Shown here: positions 45,473 to 55,303 of the stretch, piece by piece
How the letters are laid out: every line of letters starts with the position of its first letter
How positions within the stretch are numbered: the stretch's first letter is position 1
Source of the DNA: an uncultured Desulfospira sp.
GTDB taxonomy: Bacteria; Desulfobacterota; Desulfobacteria; Desulfobacterales; Desulfobacteraceae
Reading direction: 5' to 3'
Assembly: GCA_963663165.1 (NCBI GenBank)
Contig: OY760175.1
Location: 2,304,001 to 2,368,000 of the forward strand
DNA: 64,000 nucleotides
Position numbers and translations under genes: made by a program
The notes under the pieces: generated by a model
The model's input: only the letters and a program-made list of their open reading frames with translations
Databases searched by the model: none
What the model was told of the DNA's origin: nothing

Positions 45473-46588
45473 ATGATACAAAGACTTTACATCCATAATT
45501 TCAGATGTTTAGAAAATTTTGAGTTAAATCTTAAAAAAAAATCATCTGCACTTTTAATAGGAAAAAACGGTTCCGGCAAATCAACTGTTAGTTCAGCGCT
45601 CGAGATTTTTCAAAAAATAGCTCGAGGTCAGAATAAAACAAAAGATCTTCTACATTATAGTGATTTTGTTACAGGACAACAAGATCAACCCATTCGATTA
45701 GAAGTTGAAGCTCTAATTGAAGATCAGCTTTATCATTATGATCTTGCTTTAGAGTTGCCTGATGGTTTTAGAGAATTCAGAATTTATGAAGAATCTTTAA
45801 GTGTTTCTGGGAAGTTTATTTTTGAAAGGAAATTTGGGGATGTCACATTTGTTAGAAATTCTCTGAATCAAAACGAATCAAATTTTGTAGTTGATTGGCA
45901 CCTTGTTGCTTTGCCTGTTATTCAAGAACCCTTTGGGAAAGATCCTATCAGCATTTTTAAGACATGGCTGTCTCATATGATTATCTTGCAGCCTATTCCC
46001 TCATTGATGGGGGGGGAATCCCGTGGAGAAACGCTTCAACCTGTAAAAAATGGAAGTGATTTCGAAGAGTGGTTTACTGGCTTATTATCACGTTATCCAG
46101 CAGCTTATACTAATATTCATAATTATTTAAAAAAGGTTATGCCTGACTTCAAAGATTTCCAAAATGAGCTTGTTGGTAGAGATGCCAAAAGCATGAGCGT
46201 TCGATTTAGTGATGGGAAACGGAGTTGTCAGTACCCTTTTAGCTCTCTCTCTGATGGAGAAAAATGTTATTTTTTATGTGCACTTGTTGCCGCAGCAAAT
46301 GAATTTTACGGGCCACTTTTTTGTTTTTGGGATGAACCTGATTCTTATCTATCACTATCAGAGGTTAGCTTTTTTATTAACTTTTTAAGAAAAGTTTTTG
46401 AAAATAAAGGACAAATTCTGGTAACCTCGCATAACCCTGAAGCGATAAGAAAATTTTCAGAAAATAATACATGGCTATTATTTCGTAAAAGCCACCTTGA
46501 GCCTACTCAAGCGAGACTTCTTGAAGACCTTGGTGATATAAAAGATGATATAATAGAAGATCTAACTTTGGGTGATATAGAATTGTGA
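45473..46588 (+). CDS. ABC-type AAA ATPase (AAA_21/OLD-like)
   Basis: IHNFRCL, GKNGSGKS, LSDGEK, FWDEPD, VTSHN. Confidence 0.88.
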   Translation: MIQRLYIHNFRCLENFELNLKKKSSALLIGKNGSGKSTVSSALEIFQKIARGQNKTKDLLHYSDFVTGQQDQPIRLEVEALIEDQLYHYDLALELPDGFREFRIYEESLSVSGKFIFERKFGDVTFVRNSLNQNESNFVVDWHLVALPVIQEPFGKDPISIFKTWLSHMIILQPIPSLMGGESRGETLQPVKNGSDFEEWFTGLLSRYPAAYTNIHNYLKKVMPDFKDFQNELVGRDAKSMSVRFSDGKRSCQYPFSSLSDGEKCYFLCALVAAANEFYGPLFCFWDEPDSYLSLSEVSFFINFLRKVFENKGQILVTSHNPEAIRKFSENNTWLLFRKSHLEPTQARLLEDLGDIKDDIIEDLTLGDIEL

Positions 46589-46591
46589 TTT

Positions 46592-47083
46592 ATGGCTGAT
46601 AAATACAATCCACATCTGATAATATTACCGGAAGACCGTGCAAATGAACAAATTGTTAACGGTTTCCTTTTGAATTCACAATTAGACGAGAGAAGGATTT
46701 CTTGCCTCAAACCTTGTAAAGGCTGGAAAAGAACCCTCGAGTATTTTTTAGAACAATTTTCGGACAGGTTGAGGTCATGTGTTCAATGGAGGTGCCTGCT
46801 CCTTATTGATTTTGATATGGATGAGAATCGATATCAAACTGTAAACAACGATATCCCTGAAGATTTAAAAGAAAGAGTCTTCATTTTAGGTTCGATTTCA
46901 GAACCGGAAGAACTGAAAAATCGATTTAATCCAGTAAAATCTTATGAAGAAATTGGCAAGGCGCTTGCTCAAGATTGCGTTGATGGAACTAATCATACAT
47001 GGGATCATGAGCTTTTACGACACAATGAGGGTGAGATACAAAGAATGATTGGATCTGTGAAACCTTTTTTATTTAATTTTTGA
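46592..47083 (+). CDS. ATPase partner protein, TOPRIM-like
   Basis: IILPED..LLLIDFD..SEPE acidic motifs; 3 nt after the ATPase stop. Confidence 0.6.
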   Translation: MADKYNPHLIILPEDRANEQIVNGFLLNSQLDERRISCLKPCKGWKRTLEYFLEQFSDRLRSCVQWRCLLLIDFDMDENRYQTVNNDIPEDLKERVFILGSISEPEELKNRFNPVKSYEEIGKALAQDCVDGTNHTWDHELLRHNEGEIQRMIGSVKPFLFNF

Positions 47084-47341
47084 ATGCGTCACTTAATTCC
47101 ATCCAGAGCTAAATTATGTGAGATTATTTTTTAAAGTAATCTTATTACATTATTTTCGTTACAGTCCGAAGATCCATCAAAATCAATTTCATAGAACATA
47201 ATCCTGATTTTCAGGGTTCAATTCTGGTTCAATCTCGTGATGGAGGATAATAAATATAGAATGTAATCATTGAAATTTTTTTTGGTGTGTGATTAATCTC
47301 CATTAAAACTGAAATAATCATTATCCAAATTGGACAGAATA

Positions 47342-47851
47342 ATGAAGAAAATTAAAATATTATTTTTCATCTCTCTTCTTTTATTGAACCTGTTTTTAGG
47401 ACCAGGTTTTACGAAAAATTTATTCAATCTATCTGAACCAATCTATCTTTTATTAATCGCTGGCGTTAAAGATGGTGGAAGTACTGAGATAATGTTACGA
47501 GGATTCGGAGAAAAAAAATTTTATATCTTAATTGATCATCGACTAAATACCGAAACAGAGGGAAGGATGTATATTGGCCCTGATAGTTACCCTCAGGATA
47601 GTGAAAATTTGGTTTCGATTAATTCAGATGAGGAAAAGCAAATTTTGGATATGTTACAACGAATCATTGACAATAATATCAATCCAGAAATGCAAAGTAA
47701 GTTACTCAATTTCTATGCTGAAAACAAATTGGGAGGCCTTTTCATTGATGATCCCAGAATGTCATTTATTGAAAATCTTCCTATTGAGGACATGAAAGCT
47801 GCACTGCTTTTAAACACAATTCAAACTTACAAAAATGCCTTCCATCATTGA
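47342..47851 (+). CDS. Exported/membrane hypothetical protein
   Basis: MKKIKILFFISLLLL signal-like N-terminus; AT-rich. Confidence 0.6.
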   Translation: MKKIKILFFISLLLLNLFLGPGFTKNLFNLSEPIYLLLIAGVKDGGSTEIMLRGFGEKKFYILIDHRLNTETEGRMYIGPDSYPQDSENLVSINSDEEKQILDMLQRIIDNNINPEMQSKLLNFYAENKLGGLFIDDPRMSFIENLPIEDMKAALLLNTIQTYKNAFHH

Positions 47852-47926
47852 ATTAACAATTACATTTTCCGGCCTCCGGCTTTTACATCATCCATACTCA
47901 CATATTGCGATTACCCTGCCCCGGAC

Positions 47927-48748
47927 CTAATGCCCACTGCTTTTCAAGGCCCGGGCAAGCACCAGCACATCCACACCGTCCGCCCCTCCCCGGTAAAGGG
48001 TTTTGGCAGCCTCTTTGCAGGTACTGCCCGTTGTATATACATCATCAACCAGAAGAATTCTTTTGCCTTGAATCTGCTGTTTTCCTTTTTGAGTGACCTG
48101 AAACGCATTTTTCAGGTTCTTTTTTCGGGCCCCGGCATCAAATCCGGTCTGGGGCCGGGTATGGACCACCCGTTTTAAACTGGTGATATCAATTTTCCAG
48201 GCGGGGAACTGGTTGTATTGTTGCTGATACAGCCCGGGAAAATGCCGGACCAGGACATAGGCCTGGTTAAACCCGCGTTTCATCAACCGCCGCACATGCA
48301 ACGGGATGGGCAAAATCAAATCCGGTTCATCATCCTTAAAATAGGCCTCAAAAGCCTGAAACATAAAAACTTCAAAAATCCGGGACAGGGACAGCCGGGA
48401 CCGGTATTTGAACGCCGGAACCGCATCCTGAACAATCCCTTTGTATTTGAGGGCCGCCCTAACCTGCCGGATATCCTTACCCGCGGATTTGCTTTTCAAA
48501 CAGGCTTCGCACAAGTGGTTTTCACCCTGCTCAAACAGATGGCCGCACCGGGGGCAAAACGGCTTCTGAAAAATCGCGGCCCCACCGCCCAAGCAGGACT
48601 TGCAGAAAACCCCTTCAAAGGACCGGTCGCGGCGGAGTCCGGAATCCAGAAAAACCCCGCACTTCAGGCATCTGGCCGGAAACACGAAATTTCCCAGCAC
48701 CGAAACCCACCGGGTTTCGCGAATCATGTCTTTTAATTGCAATCCCAT
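47927..48748 (-). CDS. comF: ComF family double-Zn-ribbon phosphoribosyltransferase
   Basis: CLKC..CKSC..CPRC..CEAC, IPLH..RGFNQA, LLVDDVYTTGST; start uncertain (48727/48748). Confidence 0.92.
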   Translation of the reverse strand: MGLQLKDMIRETRWVSVLGNFVFPARCLKCGVFLDSGLRRDRSFEGVFCKSCLGGGAAIFQKPFCPRCGHLFEQGENHLCEACLKSKSAGKDIRQVRAALKYKGIVQDAVPAFKYRSRLSLSRIFEVFMFQAFEAYFKDDEPDLILPIPLHVRRLMKRGFNQAYVLVRHFPGLYQQQYNQFPAWKIDITSLKRVVHTRPQTGFDAGARKKNLKNAFQVTQKGKQQIQGKRILLVDDVYTTGSTCKEAAKTLYRGGADGVDVLVLARALKSSGH

Positions 48749-49135
48749 GATTTTGTTCGAATAGGGGTTAAAGGTTCTAATGCAAGAAACGGACACCGGA
48801 AGAAGGGAGGCCGAAGACCGGAAATCACGGTTCCCCCGGGTATACGCATTCCGGTCTCCGGTTTCCATTCAATTTATTTGAATAATTTAACCCATTATTT
48901 AACCGGATGACAATCCCGCAGCTAAAAATTTAAAATTTTATACTAACGGCCACGGGCCGATTGGATTGTTAATCCGGTTCAGCCCACAACAAAGCATGAA
49001 AGAATTATAGCAGCTTGCAGATTCTTTCATATAAAAGTGTTGCATTATTGGCCCAACACTGCAACTTATACCTTTACGAAGAGCCGGGCTTTAAATTTTA
49101 ACGTTAACACCATCCGGAAAAAAAGGAAAAAACAA

Positions 49136-49933
49136 ATGAAATACGGCGCCATGAACTTTCCCGTCAAACCGGTACTGGATGAGGTTGAAAAAATTGCAGA
49201 TTTGGGATTTGACTACGTGGAACTAACCCTTGATCCGCCCTGTGCCCACTATTCCGATATCGACAATGTGGCCGATCCATTGATCCGGGCCCTGGCCAGG
49301 CATTCATTAGGCCTTGTCTGCCATCTGCCCACTTTTGTGTTTACGGCTGACCTGGCCTTGGGGATACGAAGGGCATCCGTGAACGAAATGCTCAACTCCC
49401 TGAGAACGGCGGCAAAAATCAGGGCCCAGAAGGTGGTGCTTCACCCGAGTATTATCCACGGCATGGGTCCCCTTGTCATGGATAACTCCCTGAAATACGC
49501 GAAAAAAAGCTTTGAGGCCATTCTGGCGGAAGCCCGGGGGTTATCCCTGCCCATCTGTTTTGAGAATATGTTTCCCAAGTACAATTCTTTTTCCAGCCCC
49601 GATGAATTTTCAGCCCTGTTTGAGGAATTTCCCGACCTTAAAATGACCCTTGATACCGGCCATGCCAACATAGATGACCCCGGGGGGAAAAGGCTCTTCG
49701 AGTTCATTGAACGATTCCCCGGCCGCATCGGCCATGTCCATGTCAGTGACAACAACGGCCGGCGCGATGACCACCTTAAATTGGGTGGCGGCTGTATTGA
49801 TTTTAAAAAACTGGCCCATATGCTTAATGGGGCCGGCTACAATGACACCATGACCTTTGAAATTTTTACACAAAAGCCCAGGGACCTTTTGGAAAGCCGG
49901 GAACGAATGGCAGCGCTTCTGGCAGAAATTTGA
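49136..49933 (+). CDS. Sugar phosphate isomerase/epimerase (AP-endonuclease-2 TIM barrel)
   Basis: VCHLP, VVLHP, FENM, LDTGHA, HVHVSDN..DDHL, TFEIF. Confidence 0.85.
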   Translation: MKYGAMNFPVKPVLDEVEKIADLGFDYVELTLDPPCAHYSDIDNVADPLIRALARHSLGLVCHLPTFVFTADLALGIRRASVNEMLNSLRTAAKIRAQKVVLHPSIIHGMGPLVMDNSLKYAKKSFEAILAEARGLSLPICFENMFPKYNSFSSPDEFSALFEEFPDLKMTLDTGHANIDDPGGKRLFEFIERFPGRIGHVHVSDNNGRRDDHLKLGGGCIDFKKLAHMLNGAGYNDTMTFEIFTQKPRDLLESRERMAALLAEI

Positions 49934-50048
49934 TTGACCTTGGGTAAAGGGTTGACTATTATCATTTGGATTTGATGAGTGTTTGAACGGCACTGCCGGG
50001 CGGTCCAAACACGGGTTACGTTTAGGCACTGTATTGGGAATGAAATCT

Positions 50049-50219
50049 ATGAATGCTTTATTGATATTTGTTGTCCGGCTGATCCTGGGACTGGTATTCG
50101 GTATCATTTTGACCCGGCTGTTCAGGCCGGACTGGGGGATCTACCACGGTGTCGTTACCGGGATTATCCTCACGGCACTGGCATACGGCATGAGTTATCT
50201 CAAAAAACGCAATTCATAG
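50049..50219 (+). CDS. Small two-TM membrane protein
   Basis: [25 protein letters not shown]...[13 protein letters not shown]. Confidence 0.6.
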   Translation: MNALLIFVVRLILGLVFGIILTRLFRPDWGIYHGVVTGIILTALAYGMSYLKKRNS

Positions 50220-50253
50220 TATTTGATTTTTTTTGGTTTCAAAGGGGACCCTT

Positions 50254-52167
50254 GTGGAGAACATCATCTTAGGAACTGCCGGACACATTGACCACGGCAA
50301 AACCAGCCTGGTCAAAGCCCTTACCGGCATTGAAACCGACCGTTTAAAAGAAGAAAAGGAAAGGGGCATCACCATTGAGCTCGGGTTTGCCAGCCTGGAC
50401 CTTTCCAACGGAAAACATATTGGCATTGTGGACATGCCGGGCCATGAAAAGTTCGTTAAAAACATGGTGGCCGGATCCAGCGGGATTGACCTGGTCACTA
50501 TGGTCATTGCCGCCGATGAGGGGGTCATGCCCCAGACCCGGGAACACCTTGAGATCTGCAATCTCATGGGAATTGAATACGGGATGATCGCTTTGACCAA
50601 AATCGATATGGTGGATGAGGACCTGCTTGAACTTGCCATGGAAGATATTTCCGATTTTGTAAAGGGAACCTTCCTGGAAGACAAACCGGTTGTCCCGGTT
50701 TCTTCGGCCACCGGCCAGGGTCTTCCTGAGTTTGTGTCCACCCTTGAGTCCATTTGCAGCCAGCTGCCGGAACGAAAATTTTCTCCCATTTTCAGGCTTC
50801 CCGTGGACCGGGTTTTTTCCATGAAAGGGTTTGGCACGGTCATTACAGGGACCCTGATTTCCGGAAAGGTGAGCGTGGGAGAAGACATCATGGTCTTTCC
50901 CAAACGGATCACCTCCAAGGTCAGGGGAATCCAGGTTCACTCAAACGGCGTGGAAACCGCCGGCCCCGGCACCCGGACCGCCATCAATTTCCAGGGCCTT
51001 GACAAAGAGGCCGTTACCCGGGGGGATATCCTGTCCAGCCCCAACACCCTGATTGAAAGCTATATGGTAGATGCCAGCTTTCTCTACCTGAAAAGCAACA
51101 CCAAGCCCGTCAAAACAAGGACACGGATCCGGTTCCATTCGGGCACCAGCGAAATTTTAGGATACCTTATTCTTCTGGACAGGGATGAACTGTTGCCCGG
51201 AGATGAAGCCCCGGTCCAGTTTAGGCTCGAATCTCCGGTCTGCTGCATCAAGGATGACCGGTACGTGATCCGCAGTTATTCACCCATCCGGACCATTGGC
51301 GGCGGTGCTGTCCTCAACCCGGTGTCCCGGAAATATAAACTCAATGACCAGGCTGTGATAAACGGCCTTAAAGAACTGCTCCCAGGAGACCCTGAGCAGA
51401 CCATTTTGTTTTTTCTGTCCCTTAAAGGGGTTACGGGAATCTCCTTTGGCGAGCTTCGGGTCATGACCAATATTGCCGATAAGCCCCTGGCAGCGCTTCT
51501 CCAAAAACTCCAGGCCCGGCAGGATATTGTTCAAATCGACAAGGAACGCCAGGTTTACGTCAGCGGTTCGATTTTTGAAAATTTTAAAGAAAAAGTCATC
51601 AAAAAAATCCAGGACTTTCATGAAGCCAACCCCCTGAAAGAAGGCATGCCCACCCAGGAATTAAAATCCAAATTCCAGTATATCCAGGACCCCAAGTTTT
51701 TTAACATTCTCTTTGCCCGGCTGGCCAAGGATGAGGCCATTGTTCAAGATAAAAACCTGGTTAAACTGGCCGGTTTCAAAGTGGCCCTGAAGGTGGACCA
51801 GCACGAAATCAAGGACAAAATTATTCAGATTTATAAGGATTCCGGCCTCACCCCGCCCTTTTTCAGAACCATCTGCCAGGACCTTGACCTGGATGAAAAA
51901 ACAGCCAAGGGGGTGCTTCACATGCTGATCGAAGAAAACGCCATTGTAAAGACCAAAGATGACCTCTACTTTGACGCCAAAATCATTGGAGACCTTGAAG
52001 CCAAAGTGATTGATTTTTTAAAAGCCAACGAACAGATGTCCACCCCTGATTTCAAAGACATGACCGGCATTTCCCGGAAGTTTATTATTCCCTTGATTGA
52101 GTATTTTGATTCTACCCGGCTGACCATCAGGGTCGGAGATGTCCGGCAGCTAAGACGCAAACTCTAA
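50254..52167 (+). CDS. selB: Selenocysteine-specific elongation factor
   Basis: [33 protein letters not shown]-terminal winged helices [17 protein letters not shown] start with AGGGG RBS. Confidence 0.97.
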   Translation: MENIILGTAGHIDHGKTSLVKALTGIETDRLKEEKERGITIELGFASLDLSNGKHIGIVDMPGHEKFVKNMVAGSSGIDLVTMVIAADEGVMPQTREHLEICNLMGIEYGMIALTKIDMVDEDLLELAMEDISDFVKGTFLEDKPVVPVSSATGQGLPEFVSTLESICSQLPERKFSPIFRLPVDRVFSMKGFGTVITGTLISGKVSVGEDIMVFPKRITSKVRGIQVHSNGVETAGPGTRTAINFQGLDKEAVTRGDILSSPNTLIESYMVDASFLYLKSNTKPVKTRTRIRFHSGTSEILGYLILLDRDELLPGDEAPVQFRLESPVCCIKDDRYVIRSYSPIRTIGGGAVLNPVSRKYKLNDQAVINGLKELLPGDPEQTILFFLSLKGVTGISFGELRVMTNIADKPLAALLQKLQARQDIVQIDKERQVYVSGSIFENFKEKVIKKIQDFHEANPLKEGMPTQELKSKFQYIQDPKFFNILFARLAKDEAIVQDKNLVKLAGFKVALKVDQHEIKDKIIQIYKDSGLTPPFFRTICQDLDLDEKTAKGVLHMLIEENAIVKTKDDLYFDAKIIGDLEAKVIDFLKANEQMSTPDFKDMTGISRKFIIPLIEYFDSTRLTIRVGDVRQLRRKL

Positions 52168-52169
52168 TG

Positions 52170-52195
52170 TTTGGCTCACAAATTTGTGAGCCAAA
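52170..52195. repeat. Perfect 26-bp palindrome
   Basis: TTTGGCTCACAAA/TTTGTGAGCCAAA, no loop. Confidence 0.85.
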
Positions 52196-52367
52196 GCGCA
52201 CTTGATGGGTTATCTAACCAAACACACTTCTTGCTCAAAAAACTTATGAATTTTACCATTGCGGCATCAGGGGGAGATGTTGATGCCGGCCCTTACATAA
52301 TCCAAATTATTTTAACACGTTCTATCCGTTAAACCCCTTATCCTGAGGGGAAACAAAAGTTTTGCAA

Positions 52368-52416
52368 ACCATTTTCTAATCCTTTCTTAACCATTTCTTA
52401 AAACATTAGGTATAAG
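52368..52416 (+). promoter_or_regulatory. Three 11-bp direct repeats upstream of a -10-like element (OmpR/PhoB-family box-like)
   Basis: accattttcta atcctttctta accatttctta ... TATAAG 52411-16. Confidence 0.5.
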
Positions 52417-52469
52417 ACAAGAAACATTCTTTTAGTGACTTTCATGAACTTAACTGAACAGGATGCTTT

Positions 52470-53276
52470 ATGGAAAAAAATTCACCTTTTCGGATAGAGG
52501 TCTTTAACCGGCCGGGGCAGCGTCTCATGGACACCGAACTTCAAGTCCTGGTCCGTGACATCCAGAAAATTGCCGGCTCATGCTTTAAGAAACTTCCCCC
52601 CTACCAGGCCATGGTGGGAACCAGGGAAGAACTGTCGGACAAACTCATCAGTGTGGCCTGGAATGAAGACAGCACCCCTTGCGGATTCTGCTCCATGGTT
52701 TTCCTTCCGGTTGAAGGCGTCGGCGATGTCCTGCATTTGGGACTGACCTGTGTAACGCCTGAATCCCGGGGCCGGAAACTGACCCACCTGCTGGTTAAAA
52801 AAGCGCTCACCAGCTACCTGTTCAGACAGAATCCCTTTGGCCGGATCTGGGTCAGCAACTGTGCCGCTGTGTTGAGCAGCCTTGGCAATGTGGCCATGCA
52901 CTTTGAAAATGTCTACCCCTCTCCTTTTTATCTGAAGCGGCCCAATAAACACCACCTGACGATTGCCAAAGCCATTGATGAACGGTTCAGGGACAAAATG
53001 TATGTGCTTTCCGATGCGGTCCTGGATGAAGACCGGTTTATTTTCAAAGGAAGCGTCAAGGACACGGTCTTTCACAAAGAAAAAGGCGATTTCCAGTACT
53101 ATCACCGAAAAAGCTATTTAAACCGGTTTTATTCCGGACTGATGGATTTCAGCCAGGGAGATGAGGTCCTCCAGATTGGCTATTTCAGGCTGGCATCCAT
53201 CCTCAAATACTATCTGCGTCAGCATAGGATCAAAAGACTTAACCATATGGAGAGACCCGTCATTGAATCGGTCTGA
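52470..53276 (+). CDS. GNAT-fold acyltransferase-like protein
   Basis: VLHLGLTCVTPESRGRKLTHLL acyl-CoA-binding motif A. Confidence 0.65.
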   Translation: MEKNSPFRIEVFNRPGQRLMDTELQVLVRDIQKIAGSCFKKLPPYQAMVGTREELSDKLISVAWNEDSTPCGFCSMVFLPVEGVGDVLHLGLTCVTPESRGRKLTHLLVKKALTSYLFRQNPFGRIWVSNCAAVLSSLGNVAMHFENVYPSPFYLKRPNKHHLTIAKAIDERFRDKMYVLSDAVLDEDRFIFKGSVKDTVFHKEKGDFQYYHRKSYLNRFYSGLMDFSQGDEVLQIGYFRLASILKYYLRQHRIKRLNHMERPVIESV

Positions 53277-54015
53277 CAGGATTCTTTTTCTGCGGCCTTA
53301 TCTTCGCCTGATCCGGGTGCTTGCCCTGACCGTTTTTCATGTGGCCGGTGTTGTTGCCGCCACTGTCTTTAAAGGGTGGGACCCGTCCCGGGTAGCCGGT
53401 CAGGCAAAGGGATGGGCCGCTGATCTGGTGAACCGGCTCCATATTGACATCCAGATGGAAGGCAGGTTCCCTGACCACGGGGTCCTGGTGGTCTCCAACC
53501 ACCGGTCCTATCTGGACATTGTGGTGATCCTGTCTCAGATTGAATCCGCCTTTCTGGCCAAAACAGAGTTGCGCAAATGGCCGGTTTTCGGTTACGCCGC
53601 CATGAAGGGCAATACCGTCTTTGTCGACCGTTCCAGCCGCGACAGCCGGAAAGCGGCAAGAAAACAAATCCTGGACCGGCTCAACCAGGGCATTTCAGTG
53701 GTGGTGTTTCCCGAAGGGACAACCAGTGCAGGCCCCGGCCTCCTTGCACTTAAAAACGGTATTTTTGACATCACAGCTGAAAAAAACATCCCCGTGGTCC
53801 CGGTTGCGGTCTTTTATGAAAATAAAAATGCCGCATGGATAGATGACGACACCTTTGTCCGCCATTTCCTGGACATTTTCAAAACCAAACCCTTAAAAAG
53901 CCATCTTATCATCGGCCCCGTCCTAACAAAGACCAATGCCGCAGATCTCAAGGCCTCCTGTTATCATTTCATTGAACAGGCCCTGGCATCAACAGACAAC
54001 AGCCCTGCCGTATAG
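53263..54015 (+). CDS. Lysophospholipid acyltransferase (PlsC/OlsA-like)
   Basis: SNHRSYLD, FLAK.E, FVDR, FPEGT; TTG start 53263 with GGAGAG RBS, overlapping the upstream gene. Confidence 0.88.
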   Translation: MNRSDRILFLRPYLRLIRVLALTVFHVAGVVAATVFKGWDPSRVAGQAKGWAADLVNRLHIDIQMEGRFPDHGVLVVSNHRSYLDIVVILSQIESAFLAKTELRKWPVFGYAAMKGNTVFVDRSSRDSRKAARKQILDRLNQGISVVVFPEGTTSAGPGLLALKNGIFDITAEKNIPVVPVAVFYENKNAAWIDDDTFVRHFLDIFKTKPLKSHLIIGPVLTKTNAADLKASCYHFIEQALASTDNSPAV

Positions 54016-54735
54016 AATTTCACATCTGCCTGGTAGAAACCATCCCTGAAAATTTAATCTCCAGTTGGCCGGAAACCAACTCCGGTCATCGGCGACTTCC
54101 GGTCGAAAGGCATGCTGCAGCAAGCATACCGGATGCTATTTCAACGCACAGCAGTGAAATAAAAGTGATTCCTTTCCTTTTCGATGTTCTTAAATACAAA
54201 GAGAAGGACAAAGCCCGCCGATATAAATGGATAACCGCTTCCCTCAACAAAAGGCATAGGGGGCTTCCAAAATGCCGTATCCGGCCCGGCCTGTTGAAAA
54301 GTGACTATTTATAGACGTCGCTTTTTGGGATTTCATCAGATACAGGAGTTTAATATATTAAATTTACTGGTGGCGTTTCCAGGCAGGCACAATATCTGGT
54401 GGTTGGATAATTTCAGAAAAATCGTTCAATCATACTATTATGTGGGGTTCCAATTTACTTCACTCACCAGAAAATTGACAGTAAAAAGTAGTCCATGTTT
54501 TGTGTTAATTGTAGCGGCTCGGAATAATTCTCTCCAGGCTCTATTTATACGTTAATAAGATTTCAAAATCTGTCAGAAAAATACAGTTGACCGAGAAGCC
54601 ATTTCGTTAATCATATCAGCATATTACCATCTATTAAGATTTGGTTCGGCCAGTAATTTTTCTTGACATTATAAAAACCTAAAGATACATGAACAAATGT
54701 CCGTAATATTAATCTCAATTATTTAGGATGCTATC

Positions 54736-55287
54736 ATGAAAATTCCCCGATTATTCATAATTTTTTGTGTATCATTTTTAAGTCTTATTTATACGAACAA
54801 GGGATTCTGTGGTCTCGTTTTAACGGATGGCGAATCTTATACTTTCGAATTCACGTCTTTGCCTTATGGTTCGGAGTATATGGAAGAATATTTTATTTAT
54901 GCTTTGATCCGAGTCTCATCAACGACCCCTGATACACCTCAGTTTATGTTTTCCGTTTATGAGGACTCTTTGGGGCAGTCGCCAATTAAATCAAGTTTGA
55001 GCAGTGTTGATCCAGAATTTGGCGTGCAGAGTATTGGGTATTTTGATAGACCTGAATCATCACCATGGCAGGACTTACAAGGCGTTTTTTGTATAGACGT
55101 CATCGAAGGGACAATAGAAATTGAATCGATCACCGCAGCGGCAATCATTAATGATGTTCTCTATCAACAAGTGTTTCCTGTCCCAATTTCAAGTTCTTGT
55201 TCAATTCTTTTATCGGGAATTCTTGTTATTGTTTTGATCCGATGTAAAAGAAACAAATCTGATTATAATAAATCCATCCCTTGTTAA
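54736..55287 (+). CDS. Secreted protein with PEP-CTERM/VPLPA-like sorting tail
   Basis: Signal peptide; PVPISSSCSILLSGILVIVLIRCKRNK (VP motif, TM, basic cluster). Confidence 0.65.
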   Translation: MKIPRLFIIFCVSFLSLIYTNKGFCGLVLTDGESYTFEFTSLPYGSEYMEEYFIYALIRVSSTTPDTPQFMFSVYEDSLGQSPIKSSLSSVDPEFGVQSIGYFDRPESSPWQDLQGVFCIDVIEGTIEIESITAAAIINDVLYQQVFPVPISSSCSILLSGILVIVLIRCKRNKSDYNKSIPC

Positions 55288-55303
55288 TTAAGGAAATCTG
55301 ATC

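Noticed and set aside
48870..49080. Multiple hairpins between comF and the isomerase gene as an ncRNA/6S RNA
   Set aside because: Stems exist (e.g. 48901-16/48963-79) but match no RNA family I can recognise; a covariance search is needed.
50220..52460. selC tRNA near selB
   Set aside because: No tRNA-like cloverleaf or T-loop consensus seen here or elsewhere in the window.
54289..54310. GGCCTGTTGAAAA as an IS terminal repeat
   Set aside because: No matching opposite end or transposase found around the insert.
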